From: Guillardia theta CCMP2712
Lineage: Eukaryota; Protista; Cryptophyta
Direction of reading: 5' to 3'
Length of the DNA stretch: 64,000 nucleotides
Assembly: GCF_000315625.1 (NCBI RefSeq)
Contig: NW_005434588.1
Location: forward strand, 1 to 64,000
Below, one piece after another: positions 50,430 through 61,054 of this stretch (its first letter is position 1; each line of letters opens with the position of its first letter). Under the pieces are notes generated by a model. The model was not told the origin of the DNA. It did no database searches and saw nothing but the letters and a program-made list of their open reading frames with translations. The translations under genes were made by a program, and so were the position numbers.

Positions 50430-50934
50430 GTCTCAAATTGATGACCGTACGAAATATTTGACTAATCGTGGCACGATCAAATGAATACTGTTCATGATGT
50501 CGGCTTTGGACAGGAATACATGAAGTTTTGGTGACTCATCATACATCGTCGGGCCTTCAACTGAGACGGTCAGGTAATACAGATGCGCTGGCATGTATCC
50601 AGGTTTACACTGCGGCACAGATATTCTACAAAAGTGTTACTATGTCGCACCGTGACATTGATGAAGAGACGACGAGATGTTGCTTTGGATTCATCAAGTG
50701 AGAGAATTTATTCTCTTGTTTCGTTACATTCGATGTCAGACTCATTCTGAACAGGAGTAGAAGCAAACCAAAGGAAGGTGGAGCAACTAAGACTAAGATA
50801 AATGCACAAGCGGCAGAAGCAAAACCTCGACGATCAAACACAGATATCCAGAAGGATGAGCTTGCGAGGGCCTTTGAGGAAGCCAAGAGGAACGGATCCA
50901 TTAAGGAAATTACAGGAAACTCAGAAGAATAAAG
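50430..50934 (+). CDS. Hypothetical multi-exon protein fragment
   Basis: Short coding-like exons ending ...DELARAFEEAKRNGSIKEITGNSEE*; no domain recognised. Confidence 0.25.
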
Positions 50935-52082
50935 CGGTGATCCCGGCTAAAGTTTCAGTGTTTGCCACTGGTGGCAAGTACGGTGCCGGTTGAAGGACGT
51001 GGCTGGCCCCTTCATCTTGACCGTACGGCTCTGAAGATATTTATGATTACTTCTGTGGCGGCAGCTTAGTATATATGAGTGAGGCGTTGGAAGAGGCTCA
51101 AATCAAGGACAGAGCTGTGAGCCTTTGCTCAGCCCTAAGGAGCGGAAGCACTGGAGGCATGCGCTTCTTCATACTTGGCTGTGGCTGAAGTTACATGCAC
51201 TGCTAGTGCTGAAAACCTTCTTGTCTCCTCAACTATCTTGACCCTCGTCTAGGGTCGACGTGTTTTTCTGAAAGCTGCTCCTGAAAGTACCGTGATGTCT
51301 CACCGTAGGTAGGAGGAGGAGAAGGAGGAGGAGGAAAGAGTGCCTGTTGGGTTGGAGGTGCTTCTGAGCATTTCGAACATCTCCGAGAGGGAGTCCTTGG
51401 ACATCTGAAAGGCGCCGACAAAGGCTCCTTTCTTGCCCCCCCCAGTTCTCGGGCAGTGAGTCTAAGCGCTCAAGCACGTCGAAGGCCTACAAGAGGATGA
51501 GGACGATCACTGAGATGGACAAGTGCCAAGGACGAGGCTGCGCAATGATCGCCGCTTCACGACATGGAGACTGAGCCTGCAACGCTCCTACCCTGGGGAC
51601 CAGTGTAGAAGGCTGCTGTGTGTTGTGCTTTGTCTACGGCAAGGAGCGGTTCAAGAATGTATCAGTATTGGTCAAGCAGCTGGTTTACAGGCACAAGAAG
51701 ACACTGACGATCGATCAAGTTTCAGTTTTGGGGTGTGCAGGCGTTGCAATGACTCTGGGAACTTAGGTTCTAGACGTGATCGTAAGAGACGATATGAATC
51801 ACTGCGTCTTCAGCTACTACGTGTACTACGTTGATACCAGGGCGAAATCAAGGTGCTATCTCAGTTCTTTGCGACATCAAACATCAGTGTGGAAGCTGGC
51901 ATCGTCACGAAGCTCATCAGTCGAGGTTTTCGCTGCCTCTACCATTTCCTAGTTGTCGTTGAGGCGGATTCGTTGATTTACCATTGCCTCCTTCGTTCGC
52001 TCGGTTTGCCTGTTCCATTATTAAAAATAATTTTATTTTTTTAAAAAGAAAGAGTAGTCAATCAAAGTATTTCAGGGGATAT

Positions 52083-52976
52083 GAATGGCGGCGATGATAG
52101 CGTTGGTGTCTCCGTACCCCACGAGAAGTGTACATGGCGTGGGTATGTGTTAAAGACCACTATTGTGCTACTGGTGCAGACCCATATTTCTGCTTCAAGT
52201 ATCATGAGCAAGAAGAAGTCTTCGTGCCGTGGGGAGAAAATCAGATGCTTGGGCTCGTTGTCTCCTCGCAATCAGCATTGGAGAAGAAAGTAGATGAGCT
52301 TACCAACAGCATCACGAACCTGCAGATGGAGATGGCAGCTATCAAGGGAAACCTTGATGACCTCCAAAGAAACCATTCACTATGTCAGAAGAAAGTTGAG
52401 GTGCTGCAGTCTCAGCAGTCGGAATGGCAAAGCGAGATCGAGGTCGTCAGAGCTGGGAGCGTGTCTGCACTGAGGCGGCTAGAGAGCCTTGGAGAAAACA
52501 CGAGCCAAGCGATCAAAAGCCTCTCATCATCTTTCAGCAGCGAGCTGAGGTCGCTTAACTCGTCACTGCATCACTTGGCGTTCACGGGGCAGTGGTCAGC
52601 GCTCGAGGAAAAGCCCAACTTCAGTCTAGTTGCGACATCTGGAAACTTTTCGGACATTGTAGGAGTCCCAGCATTTGTCAAGGATGTGCAATTGAGTATG
52701 CAGTACATCAACAGGGACATTGCTTATGTAGAGACTGGATGCGAGGGAGACGTTGGTGCTGATAAGACATTTTCCAATCTTGGATCAGCAACCGATAGAC
52801 TTTGTGTCCTGAGTTACGTGCAATTCACAGAAACGGACTCATGGGACGAGACTTTAAGATGTTGGGTGTATGAGTATGGGGGGCAATGGTACCTTGAAGC
52901 CTGGTGCGATACTCGCAATTCGGATCAAGATGCTTACTGCAGAGCAGTATGCTTTAGTTGGACAGTCAGTAATTAG
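52083..52976 (+). pseudogene. Inverted, signal-peptide-deleted copy of the gene at 53341-54342
   Basis: 52140-52966 is the reverse complement of 53354-54180. 52083-52109 matches the start-codon region, followed by 30 bp of filler replacing ~137 bp. Confidence 0.85.
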
Positions 52977-53340
52977 TTCTCTCAAGTTTTCGATGTATTC
53001 AGACTTTTGATTTTTTTGATTGAATGAAGTAAGGTTGAATGAAATCAACGACTCATGCAAGCAGTCAGGGAACACCTGTTCATCCGTTCGAAACAGCATG
53101 CGATTGCAAGTTGAATGTTTTCATCTTTGTAATTTGCATCTCGATGATCATGACCTGAGCACTCGGGACAAGCACGGTTGCACTTACTAGAATACAAATC
53201 TTGTGACAAGCAGCAGACTTCGGCTTCTCATTTGGATGAACAGGTGTTCCCTGACTGCTTGCATGAGTCGTTGATTTCATTCAACCTTACTTCATTCAAT
53301 CAAAAAAATCAAAAGTCTATCGAGGGCTTGTCCAGAAAAG

Positions 53341-54342
53341 CTAATCTTTCGTTACTGTCCAACTAAAGCATACTGCTCTGCAGTAAGCATCTTGATCCGA
53401 ATTGCGAGTATCGCACCAGGCTTCAAGGTACCATTGCCCCCCATACTCATACACCCAACATCTTAAAGTCTCGTCCCATGTGTCCGTTTCTGTGAATTGC
53501 ACGTAACTCAGGACACAAAGTCTATCGGTTGCTGATCCAAGATTGGAAAATGTCTTATCAGCACCAACGTCTCCCTCGCATCCAGTCTCTACATAAGCAA
53601 TGTCCCTGTTGATGTACTGCATACTCAATTGCACATCCTTGACAAATGCTGGGACTCCTACAATGTCCGAAAAGTTTCCAGATGTCGCAACTAGACTGAA
53701 GTTGGGCTTTTCCTCGAGCGCTGACCACTGCCCCGTGAACGCCAAGTGATGCAGTGACGAGTTAAGCGACCTCAGCTCGCTGCTGAAAGATGATGAGAGG
53801 CTTTTGATCGCTTGGCTCGTGTTTTCTCCAAGGCTCTCTAGCCGCCTCAGTGCAGACACGCTCCCAGCTCTGACGACCTCGATCTCGCTTTGCCATTCCG
53901 ACTGCTGAGACTGCAGCACCTCAACTTTCTTCTGACATAGTGAATGGTTTCTTTGGAGGTCATCAAGGTTTCCCTTGATAGCTGCCATCTCCATCTGCAG
54001 GTTCGTGATGCTGTTGGTAAGCTCATCTACTTTCTTCTCCAATGCTGATTGCGAGGAGACAACGAGCCCAAGCATCTGATTTTCTCCCCACGGCACGAAG
54101 ACTTCTTCTTGCTCATGATACTTGAAGCAGAAATATGGGTCTGCACCAGTAGCACAATAGTGGTCTTTAACACATACCCATATAGAGTTTTGCAACTTCT
54201 TTCCAGTCTTAAAGAAAATTTGATTGTTTTTGTATTTGACAACGAGCTCCTGCCAAGAGAAGGGAAGTTCACAGTGGGTGTAATTGGCTCTGCTTTGGCT
54301 GGCAACCATCAAGAAAAACACCAACGCTATCATCGCCGCCAT
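53341..54342 (-). CDS. Intronless secreted protein: coiled-coil stalk, fibre-like repeats, Cys-rich head
   Basis: Signal peptide MAAMIALVFFLMVASQSRA; heptad region; AFTGQWSALEEKP / VATSGNFSDIVGVP; Cys-rich C-terminus. Confidence 0.8.
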   Translation of the reverse strand: MAAMIALVFFLMVASQSRANYTHCELPFSWQELVVKYKNNQIFFKTGKKLQNSIWVCVKDHYCATGADPYFCFKYHEQEEVFVPWGENQMLGLVVSSQSALEKKVDELTNSITNLQMEMAAIKGNLDDLQRNHSLCQKKVEVLQSQQSEWQSEIEVVRAGSVSALRRLESLGENTSQAIKSLSSSFSSELRSLNSSLHHLAFTGQWSALEEKPNFSLVATSGNFSDIVGVPAFVKDVQLSMQYINRDIAYVETGCEGDVGADKTFSNLGSATDRLCVLSYVQFTETDTWDETLRCWVYEYGGQWYLEAWCDTRNSDQDAYCRAVCFSWTVTKD

Positions 54343-54399
54343 TCTATCTTGTCGGACTCCAGGAACCCTGAGCCAGGAAACTGAGGGCCGGAAATAAAA

Positions 54400-54868
54400 A
54401 AATAGTCACTTCGCACGGTGCGACGCAGCACTGAGCGGGCCGGGGTCGGATTTCGGCGGCGTTCCTCGGAGATGCGGCCCGCTGTTTCAGCGGTACCGTA
54501 CGGTCACGTCGAGTCCCGGTCTGCACGGACCCCGGATCTGAGACTGGCCCGCTGACTGCGGGCCGCCCCGCCGGAAGTTGAAGGCCCGGTGGCGGCCTCC
54601 GAGGCTCTGCCAGGGAGCGCGGCCCGGCGGCGCGCCGCCGGGGCAATGTGACATCATGCGGCCCGGTGCGGTGCCCGGCCCGGCATGGCGGCCCCCGCGG
54701 GGCCGCAGCCTGTGCCGAGTCGGCGCCGCTCCAGACTGAGGCCGCGGCGCCGGGCCTTCAATTTCGGAGTCAAAGCCTTGAGATCCGACCACTCCGCCAG
54801 TGCCCGTGGCAAAGATAACAATCTAGTACTACACTTTCTTTACTCAAAGTTAAGTTAAAGATCAGTAC
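54400..54868. repeat. GC-rich palindromic island ending in CTTTACTCAAAGTTAAGTTAAAGATCAGTAC
   Basis: Shares CGTACCGTACGG-like and GGCCCGG words and the terminal motif with 18100-18310. Confidence 0.7.
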
Positions 54869-56245
54869 GAGTACTACAGGTCGATTTGGATCTCGTACGA
54901 ATAATTTCAGTTAATAATCCCGTCCCTCTAAGCAAATATCATTTAACAACGGTATTTTTAGTCCCTGCACTACCCCCTACCCCCTACTAGTTTTCTATGG
55001 TTAACTGTGGGGTCCTTGACCATTCTTCTGGACACCCCCTCTTAGAGCCTCTGGCCCCATGACCCCTGTATGTCTACCCCACCGTTCTACCAACTTCGCC
55101 GCACGATCTCTTCTTCGTACCCCACAATTTGATACAAATTGCCTAGGTGGGGTATATGCACCTACCCATGGCCGATCCGGCCTTGTTCAGAATAAAGTAC
55201 CGGTAGTGGAAGATTCCCGTAGTATACTACCCTACCCTATCCTCATTTGAGACCCGTGAATGCACATGCACCCCGACCCACCCTGTCGATTTCGATGAAA
55301 TACCCACCCATTTCATTGAGTAACCCTACCCTCAATCCTTCCTTGTGAACCCACCCCTTCACATTTCTACCCTACCAACTGATAATCCTGTCGCGTTATG
55401 CCTACCCCTTCCTCTCAGATCTTCCTCAAATTGCACTCAAATTGTACCGGTACTGCTTCTTCCTGTACCCTGAATTTGAACTCTCAAAGAACATTCTGGT
55501 ACCGGTACAACAATGTACCTGACCCTCGTACTTGGAGGACCCTAATATGTAACGGCCTTGCCGTACCTGCACCCTTAGTTCACAACTACCCCACCTTTTG
55601 AGGATCCTTCGATTCACCCCCTACCCCACATGTACCAGCCACCTACCCCACTTTTTGTGCTCCCTCATCCTCCTGCCCCCCTTCCGCTCCCCTTCCCCCC
55701 GCTTCCTCCTGCTGCTGCTCAAGCTCTCGCGTCCTGGGTGCTGGAACTAGGCTTTTTACCCTAACTTCAGGCAGCTAGCTTCTCTACTTCCTCCTCGTGT
55801 CTCCCTCCTGTGCCTTGTCTAGCTCTACATCCACATAACGCTTGCTGCTCTTGGCTTGGTTCCTTGATTTGTCGTTGGCCCCCGGCTACACTATCGGCTT
55901 CACTCCTCCTCGTGAAGTATTCGAGTTTCAACTCCCAAAATTCTCTACCCTACCAACATCTCGTGAAATAGAGTTCAGGTCTCCTTGCTTTCGTTCAGCC
56001 CCCGCCGCATTCTACCTCCTTTCAGGCCAACAAACAGATACGGCCGCTTAACTTTGACCTCGGATCGAGCTTGTTTACAGCTAATTTCTGCTCTCGGGTA
56101 GCCAGACTCAGTTGCAGTCTTGCTGGGTATCGCTTGGAACGGGAAAGGGAGGGGTTAGGGGAAAGGATCTTCAAGATTTTGAGTTAGATGAAGCAGAGGA
56201 TCTAGCAGGACAAAGGTTTCTAGTCTACTGCACCCGCGCGCGAGG

Positions 56246-59206
56246 ATGCAGTTGGGAGCCGACGCTGCAGTTAGCAGCTTTCAAGCATCAAGGAAGATGC
56301 AGGATGTCGATGAAGTTCGAGCGCCTCCAGGAGCAGGGGAGCTCAATGGGGATATCGAGATGGCTCACGAAGATGGGTTCATCCCTGTGGGTGGAGGAGG
56401 CCACAACTACAACCCTTCTCCTATCCATCCTGAAGTCCTTGCTGCCGTCTCGTCGTCCGTGTGTGCTGTCCGAACCGATGAACCGCATGGATATTACAGG
56501 AATGGAAATCTCTTAATGATCACAAAGAGGGATGGCAAGAAACAGCCATTGAAGCGATTCAAACTCCATGCAAGGATTGCGCGGTTGGTGGACGGGCTGA
56601 ATGCAGACTTTGTGGACATCGATCAGATAGTTGACAAGGTTGATCACTGCGTTGATTACAGAAAGATTCACTGATGGATGCTGTGCTGCAGGTGGTGGCG
56701 GGGACCTGTCAAGGGATCAAGTCGCAGGAGATAGATGAGCTAGCGGCGGAGACCGCTGCATATCTTGCAACAGATCATCCAGACTACAGTCAAGTAATTT
56801 TAAATGGAAAGTTTTTCAATCCTGATGTTTTTTGCAGCTAGCAGCAAGAATATCTGTATCAGCACTACATAAGGTGACGCAGCAAACTTTTTCTCAAAAA
56901 ATCAAAGCACTGTACAATCATGTTCATTCGAAATCAGGTGCTCTTGGCTTGGGTTTATTCTTTCTTTCTCATCTATGTACAGGCGCAAAGGGACCTAAGA
57001 TAGCAAGTGATGTGTATGAAATAGTTATAGAGAATGCAGAAACCCTGGATGCCGCAATCGACTACTCAAGAGATTTCACTTTCGATTATTTCGGGTATTA
57101 CCGCTCTACTGCAGTTCTGTTGTCCTTGCTTATTGTATTGCTTTCAGATACAAGACGCTTGAAAGATCTTACTTGCTGAGGATCGAGGGACATGTGGTCG
57201 AGAGGCCGCAGGACATGTTCATGAGAGTGTCTGTTGGTATTCACAAGCAGGACATCGATGCTGCAATCCAGACGTACAACCTAATGTCCCTAAAGTTCTT
57301 CACTCATGCGACTCCGACGTTGTTCAATGCAGGGACGCCGAGAAATCAGCTTTCCTCTTGCTTCTTGCTCCAGCTCAAAGATGATTCCATTGAAGGCATC
57401 TACGAAACGGTTGGCAAGTGTGCGACGATCTCGGCACAAGCAGGAGGCATCGGCATCTCTGTCCATAATGTCAGAGCCCGTGGGTCGTACGTTGAGAACT
57501 CGAGCGGCATTGCAAACGGTCTCATTCCTATGCTCAAAGTTTTCAACTCTACCGCACGGCTGTGCTCGCAGGGAGCAGGCAAGCGACCTGGAGCTTTTGC
57601 AGTGTATCTGGAGCCATGGCACGCGGAGATTTTTGAGTTCTTGGAGCTGAAGAAGAACTTTGGGTCGGAGGATCTCCGAGCGAGGGACTTGTTCTATGCG
57701 CTTTGGATGCCAGACCTTTTCATGAAGAGGTGCGAGGCGGACGGAGCTTGGTCCCTCTTCTGCCCTGTCGAAGCTCCGGGGTTGTGCGAGACTTATGGCG
57801 AGAAGTTTGAGGAGCTGTACGAGCGATACGAGAGAGAAGGGAGAGCGCGGAAGACCATCAAGGCCCGTGAGCTCTGGTTTGCGATACTAGAGGCGCAGGT
57901 GGAGAACGGCATTCCGTACCTGCTGTACAAGGATGCAGCCAACGAGAAGAGCAACCAGAAGAACCTCGGCATCATCAAGTGTAGCAATCTCTGCACTGAG
58001 ATTATGGAATACACGTCCAAGGATGAGGTGGCGGTCTGTAACTTAGCGTCGATCTGCCTACCGAGGTTTGTGGTGGAGGGACAGTTCGATCACAAGCTTC
58101 TCTTTGAAGTCACCATAGTGATCACGCGCAACCTTAACAAGATCATTGACATCAACTTGTACCCAGTGAAAGAGGCCCAGACGTCCAACTTTAGGCATCG
58201 ACCCATCGGCATCGGCGTGCAGGGCTTGGCCGACGTCTTCCTCCTCCTCCGCCTTCCGTTTGAGAGCGAGGAGGCCCGGCAGCTCAACCGCGACATCTTC
58301 GAGACCATCTACTTCGCTGCCATGACGGCTTCCAACCAGCTCGCCAAGGACCATGGAGCATACTCGAGCTTCCGCGGTTCTCCCGCAAGTATGGGGCTCC
58401 TGCAGTTCGACCTGTGGGGAGCAGAACCGTCGCCTCGGTGGGACTGGACGAGCTTGAAGGAGAGCATCAAGGAGCATGGGTTGCGGAACAGCCTGACGGT
58501 CGCGCCCATGCCAACGGCATCGACAGCTCAGATCATGGGGAACAACGAATGCTTCGAGCCTTACACGTCCAACATCTACAACAGACGAGTGATGGCTGGA
58601 GACTTTCTCGTTCTCAACCCTCACCTGCTCAAGGATCTTATCGCCCTTGGCCTCTGGTCACAGAAGATGAAGCACCGCATCATGGCCTACGACGGCTCCA
58701 TACAAGACATCCTGGAGATCCCCAAGGACATCCGCGAGCTCTACAAGACGGCCTGGGAGATCAAGCAGCGCTGCCTCATCGACATGGCGGCTGATCGCGG
58801 GGCCTTCATCGACCAGAGCCAGTCGCTGAACCTCTTCCTCGAGGCCCCCGACACCGCCAAGCTCACCTCAATGCACTTTTATGCATGGAGGAAGGGACTC
58901 AAGACTGGCGTCTACTACCTGCGCACGCGAGCAGCAGCAGACGCCATCAAGTTCACGTTGGATCACAGTACGGTGGTGGAGGCAAGGCTGAGCCGCTCCT
59001 CGCTCAGCCCGGACAGCAACAGCTCGGAGGAGGTGGACGAGAGCATGCCAAGGCAGCGGCTTGACGACCCGACAGATGTGGGGGCAGCCAAGGCACCACG
59101 GGTCGACGCGAGGGACAGTGCCTCGAGTATCGAGAATTTTCGGAGGATGAAGCAGCGGGCAAGAGCAGCCGCAGGAGAGGGCGATTGCCTCATGTGCAGC
59201 AGCTGA
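56246..59206 (+). CDS. RRM1: Ribonucleoside-diphosphate reductase large subunit (class Ia)
   Basis: ATP cone [65 protein letters not shown]-terminal CLMCSS; 5' introns; start uncertain (56246 or 56297). Confidence 0.97.
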
Positions 59207-59333
59207 GGAGGGAAGACTGACGACCACCCAGCTACCGTGTCTATATGTCAAAAGAAGCCGCAAAGTGCCGGCGAATTTTCCCATACCCAACGATTTTCGT
59301 GTCAAGAGTAAAGCTGAGAGGATATAGAAAAGC

Positions 59334-60774
59334 TCAGCTCTTCCTAGTCTCAAGCTCGGTGACGACTTGACTTTCCTTCACGGTCGTGACGAACCTGGCG
59401 AGACAAGTCAGATCAAGGTCAAAGAGTGAAGCCTCTGCTTACTTCTCCGGAATGATGATTCGCTTCTGCGAGAATCAGTCAGTAGATTACCAAGGGACAA
59501 GAGAATGTTCAAATAATCAAGGACGAGGAGGTAGGAAGAAGCTTATGGGTAGAGGGGGAAAGTGGGGAGAGGAAGAGGGAGGAGGAGATACCTTGTTAGG
59601 CGCGTTAATGAGGTCGTTAGGGAGGATAGGGCGTTGGAGGCCCGCAAGAGGGACAGCAAGGACGACGACCCCAGCTGAGGCCTTGGAGATGATCTCGGCG
59701 TCCATGAGCTCGGCACAGAGAGTGACCTCGCACTTGGCGCACTTATCAACGCTGATGCGCCTGACGCTCTCCCCGACTACCAGCTCCAAGTTGCGGCAGT
59801 TGTTGACTGACACCCCGAGCGAGACTTGCTCGATTAAGATCCTGACGTTGAGACAGTCCTCCACCGTCACACTCCTCACGGTACCGCGCACAGACACCGT
59901 GGTCATGCTGGAAAGCCCTTCACAGCTCTTGACGACCACGTCGTTGGAAGGAGATGAGTTGTCGACCCGCACTCGTGGGTTGTCGACGAAGCCCTCCTGA
60001 GCAAGGAAAGGAAGCGCGTGTCAGAGATGAGATGAGAACATGTAAGAGACGAGATGAGATGAGATGAGACGAGATGAGATGTGATGAGATGGGATGGGAT
60101 GGGATGGGATGGGATGGGATGGGATGGGATGGGATGGGATGGGATGGGATGGGATGGGATGGGATGAGATGAGATGGGATGGGATGGGATGAAGGGGAGA
60201 TAGCATCGTAGCTCACCACATGCCAACAAGATGCCCGCAGCTCGAGGTTCGCCGGCACTCTATTGAAGCTAATCGGCTTGTAGCTGTCGTCGGGGGAAGG
60301 AGCATCCACAATCGCCCCGGTGAGGAAAGGGCAGGAAGCATTTGCCTCTCTGTGGCTGGAGAGCGCGATGTCTGCGTCCTCCCATCCTCCCAGCTCGAGG
60401 CCACAGTAGGCGCAAGTCACACGGTCCTGGTATTGCGTGGAGGGAGAGAAGAAGAATCCAGCTTGCGCCAGATCTCGCACTTTGAGCTGCCGGTAGTGCT
60501 TATGCGGCCAGAGCTTGAAAGTCTTGATCCTTCCATCCAACCTCCTCACGTCGAACGCACTTCCCGGCGGGGGTAACGATGTTGGTGTGCGCGCAGAATG
60601 AGCGCCAGGCTGGGAAGGTGGAGCAGGTATGAGGTAGGAGGGAGCGTGATGGGGAGGGACTCGAGGAGGAGAAGAGGAAGAGGAGGGTCTCTGTGAGGGA
60701 GAGGGAGCAAGCAGCGACGCTCGTGCATGCTCCGCGAGCGCTATTGCTCCATGCCGCTCCAGCTGATCCTGCAT
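59334..60774 (-). CDS. BIR domain fused to a CAP C-terminal (CARP beta-helix) domain
   Basis: BIR: RIKTFKLWP...LAQAGFFF...DRVTCAYC...W...H...CPFL. CAP-C: VSVRGTVRSVTVEDC...ISVDKC...AEIISKAS...IPEKFVTTVKESQVVTE. Confidence 0.8.
60051..60191. repeat. Intronic (GGGAT)n/(GAGAT)n pentamer microsatellite
   Basis: Directly visible. Confidence 0.95.
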
Positions 60775-61054
60775 CAGCTCAGATCCGCTGAGTGTAAGAC
60801 GACGCTTCAAAACTAGTTCACTTTTAGAACAAATCTAGGATGAATCTGGGGCACGTCTAGAACAACTTTCGACGAATCTGGGACAAAATGTTGTACGAGA
60901 CGAGAGGAGACAAGAGGAGGGGAGGGGAGGGGAGAGAGAAGGGGAGGAGAAGAGAGAGGAGGGGAGGGAGAGGAGAGAGAAGGGGAGGAGAAGAGAGAGG
61001 AGGAGACATGGTAAGAGAGGAGAAGGCTGTCAAGCGATGTGAGGGTGTGAGAGG

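Noticed and set aside
54344-54792. Arg/Pro/Gly-rich ORFs in the GC island (also 17860-18147)
   Set aside because: Stop-poor GC-rich non-coding repeats with no domain signal
57173-59206. RNR as a viral gene or intein host
   Set aside because: Has spliceosomal introns, host-like composition and no insertion in the catalytic region
59903-60229. SHPIP-repeat ORFs
   Set aside because: Intronic (ATCCC)n microsatellite
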